Assembly (NCBI GenBank): GCA_963726255.1
Contig: CAVSBL010000002.1
Location: forward strand, 1,536,001-1,600,000
DNA from: Candidatus Bathyarchaeota archaeon
GTDB lineage: Archaea > Thermoproteota > Bathyarchaeia > 40CM-2-53-6
Direction: 5' to 3'
DNA: 64,000 bases
The position numbers and the translations under genes were made by a program. Under the pieces are notes generated by a model. It ran no database searches. It had not been told where the DNA came from and saw only the letters and a program-made list of their open reading frames with translations. Shown here one piece after another: positions 18,514-26,839 of this stretch (position 1 is the stretch's first letter; each line of letters starts with the position of its first letter).

Positions 18514-19884
18514 GTGTTTCAGCAGATGGAACGACGCAACTCGACTGCGCTGGTAATGATCCTAGCTATCCTCATTGCTTTGACGCCAGCCACCAGCATC
18601 CCAATAACTCAAGTATCGGTGTTTGCGGTCCAATCAAACGATCAGTATATTCTCGTCGGAGGCCAGAATGGAACGTGGTTTCGGCCTGGTCAGGCTCCTA
18701 GACTGTACCGAATGTTCCTATCAGATCACTCATTGACCCCGGTAGCTTCTCTTCCAAGTTTTGGCGTAGTATGGACTGGGAGTTGGAATGGTTCGCAATG
18801 GTTGATCTCAGGCTGGGGGATCACTCCCGGCGCGCATGGGTCTAACCCGTATATCTACCTCTATGACGGGCAGAGCCAGATTATGGCAGGAACTCTGTAC
18901 TTGTGGACAGCGCAAGCGTCTTGGCATGGAGGAGACGTATTCGCGGCCAGCTACAATGGTAGCGAATGGTTGCTCTCTGGTCTGGGTAGTGATTGGTTAC
19001 CGTCAGGTTGGGGATCCCCATCAACAGGCAAACCGAGGAATCATATGGCGTTGGCATTGTTCGACGGCTACAACTTCACTGATCTTTCCGCCGATGTACC
19101 CAATCAGTGGGATGCAGTGCTCTTTGCGAACGCTTGGAATGGGCACTATTGGCTCGTGGGTGGGGGATGGCAGGGGAACGAAGGTGTGCTTTATCGCTAT
19201 GACGGAGCCAACTTCACTGACCTCTCATCCCAGCTGGAGTCCGCAATGTGGCAGATGGGTAGGCAGTTTCATTCTGTTCAGGCGATTGAGTGGAACGGCG
19301 ACTACTGGCTCGTTGGCGGAGTAGGTTTCTTAGCGAAGTATGACGGACAGAACTTCACTGACCTCACGCCTGAGCTGAATGCAGCTCTTGACCCCAGACA
19401 CTCTCTGAACTACACATCATGCTGCAACGCTGTGAACGCGTTCGCCTGGGATGGAGTCTCGTGGCAAATAGGGGGAGGTCCCCCTGTAGGCACTCCTGAA
19501 CCGCTCACCGCATGGGCATCATCGTATGACGGTGTAAGATTTACCGACCTCACTTCGCTTATTCCATCCTACATTGCGAGCGCTCCTCACGGTTCGAGTA
19601 TACTCACTATCACCTATGCGAATGGCTCTTGGTTCTTTGGAGGATACGCTAACGACAGAGGCTTCTTGCTCTCCTATGCGAACTCTGCCATGACTGACTT
19701 TTCTGAAATGATCAAAGATACCATGACTGTTGTGAACTGGGTTGGGGGTTGGCCTGAGTCTCGCGAGACTCTGTCGAATCCGATCGGTGCGTTCGGGAAC
19801 TATGTCATTGCGACAATTGCCATCATTATGATTGCAACGGCGTTAGCGATCAGATACAGGAAGCATAACCGCCGAAGAGGTTAA
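18514..19884 (+). CDS. Secreted, membrane-anchored Trp-rich repeat protein (probable beta-propeller)
   Basis: Signal peptide; repeated WNGxxWLxGG and YDGxNFTDL units; C-terminal TM with basic tail. Confidence 0.8.
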   Translation: MFQQMERRNSTALVMILAILIALTPATSIPITQVSVFAVQSNDQYILVGGQNGTWFRPGQAPRLYRMFLSDHSLTPVASLPSFGVVWTGSWNGSQWLISGWGITPGAHGSNPYIYLYDGQSQIMAGTLYLWTAQASWHGGDVFAASYNGSEWLLSGLGSDWLPSGWGSPSTGKPRNHMALALFDGYNFTDLSADVPNQWDAVLFANAWNGHYWLVGGGWQGNEGVLYRYDGANFTDLSSQLESAMWQMGRQFHSVQAIEWNGDYWLVGGVGFLAKYDGQNFTDLTPELNAALDPRHSLNYTSCCNAVNAFAWDGVSWQIGGGPPVGTPEPLTAWASSYDGVRFTDLTSLIPSYIASAPHGSSILTITYANGSWFFGGYANDRGFLLSYANSAMTDFSEMIKDTMTVVNWVGGWPESRETLSNPIGAFGNYVIATIAIIMIATALAIRYRKHNRRRG

Positions 19885-20019
19885 CTTAGCTTCGATCAAG
19901 TTGGGGAATGTTGCCATTGAAGCTTGCCAAGAAACCGTCGAATCCAGACCAGTAGAGCTAGGATGAATTCCATTGTAGTATGTCTCGGTTCAGAGTTCCC
20001 TGCAATAGTCCCATATGCA

Positions 20020-21078
20020 CTACGGGCGTGCTTCAAAGACTCTGTTGAAGGGCGTCTGGGTTGCTCTCCTGAATTGTTTGAAGCCTCCACGGATGGCTAT
20101 TTCCTGCAGTTTCGAATCGCCTGCTTGAGCACCTACTGCGAGCCCTACTTCCTGCGCTAGAGAGGAGGGAACGCAGATCATTGAAGAGGCATTGTAGAAT
20201 ATTCGCCCAACTGGATTGAGGTTCTCTTCCACATGTTCATTTGAGTAGGGCTCAACGATCATCCACGCACCATCCGGCTTTAGCGATTGATGAACGTGCT
20301 TTGCCGCGCCTACAGGATCGCCCATGTCGTGCAGACAATCGAAGAAGGTGACAAGATCGAACTCCTTCCTAGGATAGTCTTTCGCGAGCGCTACCTCGAA
20401 GGTCGTGTTGCGAGATACATTCTCAGTCACTGCAACGTTCCTGGCCCACTCGATTGATTCCAAATGATAGTCGTACCCAATGAAACGCGATTTTGGAAAG
20501 GCTTTTGCCATAATGATCGTAGATGATCCATAGCCGCATCCGACATCTGCGACAAGTGCTCCAGCCTTGAGTTTCTCGACAACGCCCTCAAGGCTTGGAA
20601 GCCAGGAACTAATTAGGTTGGTAAGATAGCTGGGGCGGAAAAATTTGTGCGTGCCTAGGAATAGATCGTTGTGGTGTTCGTGCCAGCCAAGGCCCTTCCC
20701 AGTCCGGAAGGCGTCAGCGAGTTTGCTCCTATCCTTGTAAATTGAGGAGATTATGTAGAAGGCCCCTGGAATGTAGATAGGGCTGTCCTCATTAGCGAGC
20801 GTAAATGCTTGCTCGGACGTCATCATATACTTTCCAGTTGGAGCATCGTAATTCACATAGCCTCCCGCGGCTTGACCAGCGAGCCATTCGCGAATGTAAC
20901 GTTCGGCCGTACTTGTGTTCTTCGCAAGTTCCACCGGCGTCATGGGTCCGTGAGCTGATAATGCCTTGTAAAGCCCTAGTTGCTCGCCGATTAATATCGC
21001 GGGTCCCTGCATGGATGCGCCCAATTCCGTTGCGAACCTTCCTACGATTTCATTCAACTTATCCTGATTAACAGTCAA
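20020..21078 (-). CDS. Class I SAM methyltransferase with N-terminal winged helix (Rv2258c-like)
   Basis: GEQLGLY, ERYIREWL, VADVGCGYG, FDCLHDMGDP. Confidence 0.92.
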   Translation of the reverse strand: MTVNQDKLNEIVGRFATELGASMQGPAILIGEQLGLYKALSAHGPMTPVELAKNTSTAERYIREWLAGQAAGGYVNYDAPTGKYMMTSEQAFTLANEDSPIYIPGAFYIISSIYKDRSKLADAFRTGKGLGWHEHHNDLFLGTHKFFRPSYLTNLISSWLPSLEGVVEKLKAGALVADVGCGYGSSTIIMAKAFPKSRFIGYDYHLESIEWARNVAVTENVSRNTTFEVALAKDYPRKEFDLVTFFDCLHDMGDPVGAAKHVHQSLKPDGAWMIVEPYSNEHVEENLNPVGRIFYNASSMICVPSSLAQEVGLAVGAQAGDSKLQEIAIRGGFKQFRRATQTPFNRVFEARP

Positions 21079-21251
21079 AACTTCACGTGTCCTGAAAGGA
21101 TTATGACCTACGTTATATAAAAACGAACGCGCGATGATTCTATGCGTGCTTTTCCACGAAGTGAACGAACCCGTGCGAATCTAAGACCTTCCAATGAAGG
21201 ACAGCGAGGAAGCGCATTCGAATTTCATCGGTCGTCGTTCGGTCAATTTCA

Positions 21252-21327
21252 TGTGTGTGTGCGCGCACCAGCACACAAACTATTCCACCCCCTAGGGGGT
21301 ACCAGCAAGCGTGCGCGTCCAATCACA
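21252..21327. repeat. Palindromic dispersed element R3 (76 bp) with an internal 14-bp palindrome
   Basis: TGTGTGTGTGCGCGCAC ... GTGCGCGTCCAATCACA; ACCCCCTAGGGGGT at 21287-21300. Confidence 0.7.
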
Positions 21328-21488
21328 AACCCGGCAGAGTAACATGCTATCCCTACAAAACTATACCACCCCACCCCCGGGGCTAAACTGCTAACTTAAG
21401 GTGGCATCCAGCTCTTCGCACGAGCGAGGGTGAAATGCGGGGCTGGTGAGCTTTAATCTATGAAGCTGAAGAGGGCGATTGGAATTCG

Positions 21489-21743
21489 GTGTTTGTTGTG
21501 AGCCTAATCACGTCCCTGCTAGGAACGGCTGGGCTGTTAATGCTCTTAATCGCATTCGGCCTCAACTCATTCGGAAAACTCAAGCGAACAGATCTGACTT
21601 ACAACCTACTCAACTGCATAGGCGCGTTCGCTTTGGTGGTCTATGCCATAGACCTAAGCGCAACTCTCTTTGTCGTCTTGGAATCGGTTTGGGGCATCGT
21701 CGCCGCCTATCAGATAGCAAACCGCAAAATCACAGCGAACTAG
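21489..21743 (+). CDS. Small membrane protein (CBU_0592-like)
   Basis: Three TM segments; YNLLNCIGA, LESVW. Confidence 0.75.
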   Translation: MFVVSLITSLLGTAGLLMLLIAFGLNSFGKLKRTDLTYNLLNCIGAFALVVYAIDLSATLFVVLESVWGIVAAYQIANRKITAN

Positions 21744-21779
21744 GCAAAAAGGCCCACAGTCGCATGCGAGCTGTCAATC

Positions 21780-22280
21780 GTGGTTATGGAATCATTCAGA
21801 ATCAACCGAGATCTGCCTGAGGGAAGGTATCGGCTCCGGGAGGTCTTCTCTGGGCTGGAGGATGTAGAATCCCTCTACGTCTACATAGGCAATCCAACGC
21901 AGTTGAAGCGTATCCTGGACGAGACCGATGTCACCCTCACCCAGGATACTAGTTACATGTACGTTAATGACGGCGACGGCAGCCTCGTAGTGGGTTTGGA
22001 GTATCTGCAAACCGCCGACGCCCATTACCTCTACCTGGACATCATCCACGAACTAGCCCACGTAAAACAATACTTGGACGGCAGGGAACTCTTCGACGAA
22101 AAATACAGCTACGTAGACCGCCCAACAGAGATCGAAGCATACCAATGCACCGTCAAAGAAGCAAGAAAACGCGGCATGGCCGACGACGCGATCACTGAAT
22201 ACCTCTACGTAGAATGGATCACAAGAAAAGAACACGCCAGGCTCCTGAAAACACTAGGAGTAGTTGCTACTCCGCCCTAG
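21780..22280 (+). CDS. Hypothetical zincin-like (HExxH) protein
   Basis: IIHELAHVKQ ... PTEIEAY. Confidence 0.75.
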   Translation: MVMESFRINRDLPEGRYRLREVFSGLEDVESLYVYIGNPTQLKRILDETDVTLTQDTSYMYVNDGDGSLVVGLEYLQTADAHYLYLDIIHELAHVKQYLDGRELFDEKYSYVDRPTEIEAYQCTVKEARKRGMADDAITEYLYVEWITRKEHARLLKTLGVVATPP

Positions 22281-22723
22281 AATTCCTCTTCATTTCGCTT
22301 AGCGGGCTTTTGATATTTGTCTAGGTATTTGAGAACGAAGTTGCGCGTATACTCCTCTAAGTCCAGCTTCAAGGCTTCTTCAGGCTTAACCCAAACATAG
22401 TCTTGCAGTTCACGTCCATCCAACTGTACCTTGAAACTCTTTGTTTTCAGGACGTAGTCCATGAAGATGTAGTGTTCGTGCTTGTGAAAATCTTTCGGGT
22501 AGATTGCCTGCTGAACGACTAGCAGCTCAACGGGCTCGGCGTCCAGACCAGTCTCCTCCTTCACCTCACGCCTAATCGCGTCCTCCGCCCGCTCCCCGAG
22601 CTCGATATGCCCGCCTGGGACGCTGTACTTGTCGCCCCACTTATGCGAGCGAACGATGAGAACCTCGCCCTTCTCGTTCACGATGAGGGCGCCAACTGTA
22701 GCTTCAGGAAAAGTTTGAGTCAA
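22277..22723 (-). CDS. NUDIX hydrolase
   Basis: Nudix box GGHIELGERAEDAIRREVKEETGL. Confidence 0.95.
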   Translation of the reverse strand: MTQTFPEATVGALIVNEKGEVLIVRSHKWGDKYSVPGGHIELGERAEDAIRREVKEETGLDAEPVELLVVQQAIYPKDFHKHEHYIFMDYVLKTKSFKVQLDGRELQDYVWVKPEEALKLDLEEYTRNFVLKYLDKYQKPAKRNEEEF

Positions 22724-22766
22724 AGCAACACTTTCTCGGAAAGGAAGCAGCTCTAGCTGTGGGCTT

Positions 22767-22937
22767 CTAGCTCCTGCGCATCATTGTTCCGACGACCCCA
22801 ACGACTGAGATCAGGCCGCCAATGATCAGAATAAGGGGCGCCTGGGTTCTAAGGTAGACTAGGCCCGTGAACACAACCAGCGCCGTAAGGCCTGCCACGT
22901 TTACCATGGCTGCTCTTGCTTGCGGCCTCAAGCCCAC
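22767..22937 (-). CDS. Small two-TM membrane protein (below ORF-track cutoff; start may be ATG 22907)
   Basis: Translates MVNVAGLTALVVFTGLVYLRTQAPLILIIGGLISVVGVVGTMMRRS; fills the gap upstream of the NUDIX gene on the same strand. Confidence 0.55.
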   Translation of the reverse strand: MGLRPQARAAMVNVAGLTALVVFTGLVYLRTQAPLILIIGGLISVVGVVGTMMRRS

Positions 22938-23027
22938 CCACCACAATCATTCGAGTCACCATAGCCATCTATATTTCTATTCTTCCAAGAGAATCCAATT
23001 AATCCCGCAAGCCGTATCGGGGAAGGG

Positions 23028-23807
23028 GTGGGTGGCGAAGCCGTGGAGGAAGATTCTAAGAAACGGTTCTCAAACCGGGCGACCTACTACGCCCAGTCTC
23101 GTCCCCGCTACCCCAAAGCCATTCTGGCTTTCATGGAAAACGAACTAGGCCTCTCAGAGGCGTCAGTTGTTGCGGATATAGGTTCGGGGACAGGCATTCT
23201 AACTGAGTTATTCCTGAAGCATGGAAACCCGGTTTACAGTGTTGAGCCGAACAGGGAAATGAGGAAAACTGCGGAAGGCCTCCTCAGCCAACACCCAAGC
23301 TTCAGAAGCATAGATGGCACCGCCGAAGCTACAACGCTCCCAGCCGCCAGCGTAGACTTCGTCACCGCGGCACAAGCCTTTCACTGGTTCGACCCATTGA
23401 AGACTCGCGGAGAATTCTTGAGAATTTTGAAACCGCACGGATGGGTTCTTTTGATTTGGAACACCAGGAAGAATTCACCAGGCTTTATGGAGGCTTACGA
23501 GCGGCTGGTCAGTGAATATGCGAACCGGGCACATTCTCGGCGCACTGCGAAAGACAAGGTCGGCGACCAGGCTCTAGCCAGCTTTTTCAGAGAGTACAAG
23601 GTGAAAACCTTCAGCAACAGTCAAGTCCTAGATTTCGAAGACCTGGCGGGACGGTTGCTTTCATCCTCCTATCTTCCGCTCCCCGGTGAAACTAGGTACG
23701 GCTCGATGATGGATGCGCTGCGCAAGCTTTTCGATTCCTACCAAGAAGGCGGGGTTGTTCGCCTCGAGTACGAAACTGAAACATATTACGGCCAACTTAA
23801 GCCCTGA
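23028..23807 (+). CDS. Class I SAM-dependent methyltransferase
   Basis: RPRYP, VADIGSGTG, VEPN, AQAFHWF. Confidence 0.92.
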   Translation: MGGEAVEEDSKKRFSNRATYYAQSRPRYPKAILAFMENELGLSEASVVADIGSGTGILTELFLKHGNPVYSVEPNREMRKTAEGLLSQHPSFRSIDGTAEATTLPAASVDFVTAAQAFHWFDPLKTRGEFLRILKPHGWVLLIWNTRKNSPGFMEAYERLVSEYANRAHSRRTAKDKVGDQALASFFREYKVKTFSNSQVLDFEDLAGRLLSSSYLPLPGETRYGSMMDALRKLFDSYQEGGVVRLEYETETYYGQLKP

Positions 23808-23851
23808 CTAAGGGGCCATTCGCTGGGGCTTCAGCTACGCCAACAATATCT

Positions 23852-25012
23852 TTGAACTCAATTCTGAGCAGGTTCTCCGCGGACGTAGTGAAGATTACCG
23901 AGGAAGTGTACGGCAGCGAAACCCCCACTGTCCTTGAGGCGCTCACGAAACCCGTCGGAACATATTACATCCGCTGCAACACTTCCAAGATCTCACCTGA
24001 GGAACTTCTGAACAGGCTTCAAGGCCGGGGGTTCAACGTATACCAACATCAACTTCTCCCCGAAGCCTTAGGTATTCGAGTTGAGGGCCCGTTTGAGATT
24101 CCACCCGCCGCCCGAAAGGTCGTCGTGGATAAGCATACTGCTGAATCAGTGCTCCAAGGCGCAAATGTTTACGCGCCCGGAATTCTAAACTGCGAGGAAC
24201 TCAGGATCGGGGAGAACGTTGCCGTTGCCTCCGAGCTAGGGGACCACCTTGCAACTGGAACCGCAACCATGAGCGCAAACGATATCCTAACCTTCAGGAA
24301 GGGGTTGGCTGTTCGGGTAAACCACAGGCGGTTCAGGGCACCCCAAGTCAGAGAATTGCCAGAATTTTCAGAAGGGCTCCTCTACCCGCAATCCCTTGCA
24401 GCCATGGCAACAGCCCACACACTTGACCCGCATGGGGGTGAGACCGTCGTTGACATGAACTGCTCCCCAGGCGGAAAACTGTCCCACATTAGCCAGTTGA
24501 TGCACAATTCCGGCAAGATTCTTGGCTTCGATAGGAACACGGAGAAGATAGGGCAGGCTCGCCGGACGTTAATGCGTTTGGGGTGTACGAACGTTACGCT
24601 TTCGATTCATGATACCAGGTACGTCCACCTAGACCTTCCTGACTTGCAGTCCGACCGCACCCTAATCGACCCGCCATGCAGCGCTCTCGGCCTCAGGCCG
24701 AAAGTATATGACTTCTCGACAGTGGACCGCGTGAATAACCTTGCAGATTATCAGAAACAATTCGTCAAGGCCGCAAGCAAAGTGACGAAACCTGGGGGAA
24801 CTATAGTCTACAGCGTCTGCACCTACACAACACAGGAGTGTGAACAAGTCGTCGAGTTCGCCGAGCATGAATGCGGGCTTAGCGTAGTGGAACAGAAACT
24901 AATCCTCGGGTCAAAGGGCCTCGCGGCTCACACGCCATCAGCCAGCCGCTGCCAAAGATTTCATCCTCACGTTGATGAAATCGGATATTTCATCGCAAAA
25001 CTCCAACGGTAG
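23852..25012 (+). CDS. RsmB/NOP2/NSUN6-like RNA m5C methyltransferase with PUA domain
   Basis: GANVYAPG (PUA), DMNCSPGGK, DPPCSALG, YSVCT. Confidence 0.92.
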   Translation: MNSILSRFSADVVKITEEVYGSETPTVLEALTKPVGTYYIRCNTSKISPEELLNRLQGRGFNVYQHQLLPEALGIRVEGPFEIPPAARKVVVDKHTAESVLQGANVYAPGILNCEELRIGENVAVASELGDHLATGTATMSANDILTFRKGLAVRVNHRRFRAPQVRELPEFSEGLLYPQSLAAMATAHTLDPHGGETVVDMNCSPGGKLSHISQLMHNSGKILGFDRNTEKIGQARRTLMRLGCTNVTLSIHDTRYVHLDLPDLQSDRTLIDPPCSALGLRPKVYDFSTVDRVNNLADYQKQFVKAASKVTKPGGTIVYSVCTYTTQECEQVVEFAEHECGLSVVEQKLILGSKGLAAHTPSASRCQRFHPHVDEIGYFIAKLQR

Positions 25013-25062
25013 AAGGAAGCCTTTAACCCCCTTCAAGCCCGAATAACAGTTAGGGACTCTAG

Positions 25063-25353
25063 TTGGATCTGCCCGAGAATGTTTTGACAAAGGGTAAGCG
25101 TGGAAAACTCGAGGTTAGAGCCTTGGACTCACGAGGCAGCTATGTTATGTGCAAGTACCTTGACCCGAAGACGATGAAACCTGCGAACACGAAACGCAAA
25201 CTGATGCTTAGGGATCAGAGCGGAAACGTGCTTGAATATTTCATCATCCCGCTGAAGGACACAAAGCGTGCACTCCTCCTTACCGCGGCGTCCGAAGAGA
25301 AGGAACGTAAGGTTTGGCTTGAAAGCCTAGGAAGAGCTGAAGAAATCTGGTGA
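25063..25353 (+). CDS. Hypothetical protein
   Basis: 96-aa ORF with protein-like composition; TATA-like TTTAA at ~25022. Confidence 0.6.
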   Translation: MDLPENVLTKGKRGKLEVRALDSRGSYVMCKYLDPKTMKPANTKRKLMLRDQSGNVLEYFIIPLKDTKRALLLTAASEEKERKVWLESLGRAEEIW

Positions 25354-25416
25354 CGTTAAATGGCTACGGTGGCGCGGACATGCACACAAAAATACGTCGG
25401 TTCAAATTCCGACGCT

Positions 25417-25434
25417 CGCAACATTAGACCCACA
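25417..25434 (+). repeat. 18-bp direct repeat (R5), identical to 25720-25737, preceded by a tRNA T-arm-like hairpin
   Basis: CGCAACATTAGACCCACA occurs twice; CGTCGG-TTCAAATT-CCGACG at 25395-25414. Confidence 0.85.
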
Positions 25435-25530
25435 CACACTTGCAGACGACCAACAACGACGGTTCAGAGAAACTCCAGTCCAGGAGACGACTCCACCGAC
25501 GCCTTATATCGGCCCAAGCGTTAGTGAAAA

Positions 25531-25671
25531 ATGATAGTGATGAAATGGTTCTGGGGTTTCATGGGATGTCTAGGGTTCCTAGGCCTCGCACTGAATGATC
25601 CTCTCTACTACGCTTTCTTTGCTTTTTTCCTTTTCTTCCTCGAACCTGTTCTAAAGAAACCCAAACGGTAA
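25531..25671 (+). CDS. 46-aa membrane peptide (DUF3796-like)
   Basis: MIVMKWFWGFMGCLGFLGLALNDPLYYAFFAFFLFFLEPVLKKPKR; TATA-like TTATAT at ~25504. Confidence 0.65.
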   Translation: MIVMKWFWGFMGCLGFLGLALNDPLYYAFFAFFLFFLEPVLKKPKR

Positions 25672-25707
25672 GAAACACCTAAGTCGTCAAGACAAACCTG
25701 CTGGCAT

Positions 25708-25780
25708 TCGGTGTGTGTGCGCAACATTAGACCCACAAACACGAAAATCACAAATCGGCTACTTGCACATACTACACCGA
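25708..25780. repeat. Palindromic dispersed element R4 (73 bp)
   Basis: Left arm TCGGTGTGTGTGCGCAA, right arm TTGCACATACTACACCGA; one bulge, one G-T pair, one mismatch. Confidence 0.8.
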
Positions 25781-25792
25781 CGTGTTCTTGCT

Positions 25793-26005
25793 TTGCCGAC
25801 GATTCCCCTAATCGAGGATTTGACTACGGGGCCAGTTCCGTCTGGGAAGGCCACGATCCACGGCGTGATCGACATCCACCTGCGAGACTCCTCGGAAGGA
25901 TTGAAGAACCTTGTTCGGGTTTGCAGCTTCAAGATGGTCAGTCATGATAAGCACTGGCACGAGCTCAGCGTTGGTAAGAACCTGGAAGTTGTGTTGGACG
26001 AATAA
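25793..26005 (+). pseudogene. Internally deleted RAD55/KaiC-like ATPase remnant
   Basis: N-terminal-like IPLIEDLTTGPVPSG joined directly to C-terminal-like GVIDIHL...NLVRV...HDKHWHELSVGKNLEV; no ATPase core. Confidence 0.5.
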
Positions 26006-26115
26006 GAGTCAAATCTTCAGAAGCTATGGGAAAGCAAACCTTAGGTCTGGTTATCTAGTCAGAAACGACGGCTGCGTGTGGATCTTTCGATGAAACATTT
26101 CTTTCGTGCGGGTCA

Positions 26116-26727
26116 CTAGGGTGGAGCGACCGGTAGGATTTGAATCAAGGATTTCAATGGTACTCCATCGATTTTCGGCTTCCCGCTCTTGTTGACCAAA
26201 ACAAGGATGCCTACGGGTTTAGCTTTCGCCTTTCGCAGCGTCTGAATCGCAGCCCTATGCGTCTCGCCGGCTCGTAGAACCGCATCTGCGATCAACACTT
26301 TCTTTCCCGCGACCTTGTGAAAACTCGGATTAACCAAGCCGGGCAGCTTCTTATGCGCAACGCGATGGGGACGAACAGCCGCGAATGGCTTATCCAGCTC
26401 CTTAGCGATTGCCACGCCAAGAACCATACCGCTCCCTTCGATCGCAACGATCACATCTGGTTCATCAAACTCCCCCGCGCGGACTGATTCCCGAATCAAA
26501 TCTGCTAATGCCGAAGCAACGGCAGTCATACGTTTTCCATGTGAACCAAGAGAACTCCAGTCTACGAAAACATCATGCGGCGGATGTCTCGCCGCCCGCT
26601 CCTTGCCCCGGAGCAACAACCAGACGACGGTGTCTGGTTGAACCTTCAATTCGTCGGCTATCTCATACGTTGACAGCCCCTTCGACTTCAGTTCCTGCGT
26701 CCGTTTAACCAGTTCATTTGAGGCCAT
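26116..26727 (-). CDS. gfcR: PyrE-like PRTase-fold protein with N-terminal HTH (GfcR-like regulator)
   Basis: GLSTYEIADEL...TVVWLL, DVFVDWS, degenerate PRPP loop VLIADAVLRAG. Confidence 0.8.
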   Translation of the reverse strand: MASNELVKRTQELKSKGLSTYEIADELKVQPDTVVWLLLRGKERAARHPPHDVFVDWSSLGSHGKRMTAVASALADLIRESVRAGEFDEPDVIVAIEGSGMVLGVAIAKELDKPFAAVRPHRVAHKKLPGLVNPSFHKVAGKKVLIADAVLRAGETHRAAIQTLRKAKAKPVGILVLVNKSGKPKIDGVPLKSLIQILPVAPP

Positions 26728-26839
26728 TGAGCCGAACACGCACCACGTCTGAAGGGTTATGATTGGCCGAGGCCTTATAATAGGTAATGAATCCCAGAAT
26801 CGCTCACAGTCCCCCACGCACCCATCGAAGGGAAGGATA

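Noticed and set aside
14307-25780. Palindromic elements as canonical integron attC sites
   Set aside because: They lack RYYYAAC/GTTRRRY ends, the flanked genes are not in a tandem co-oriented array, and no intI is present.
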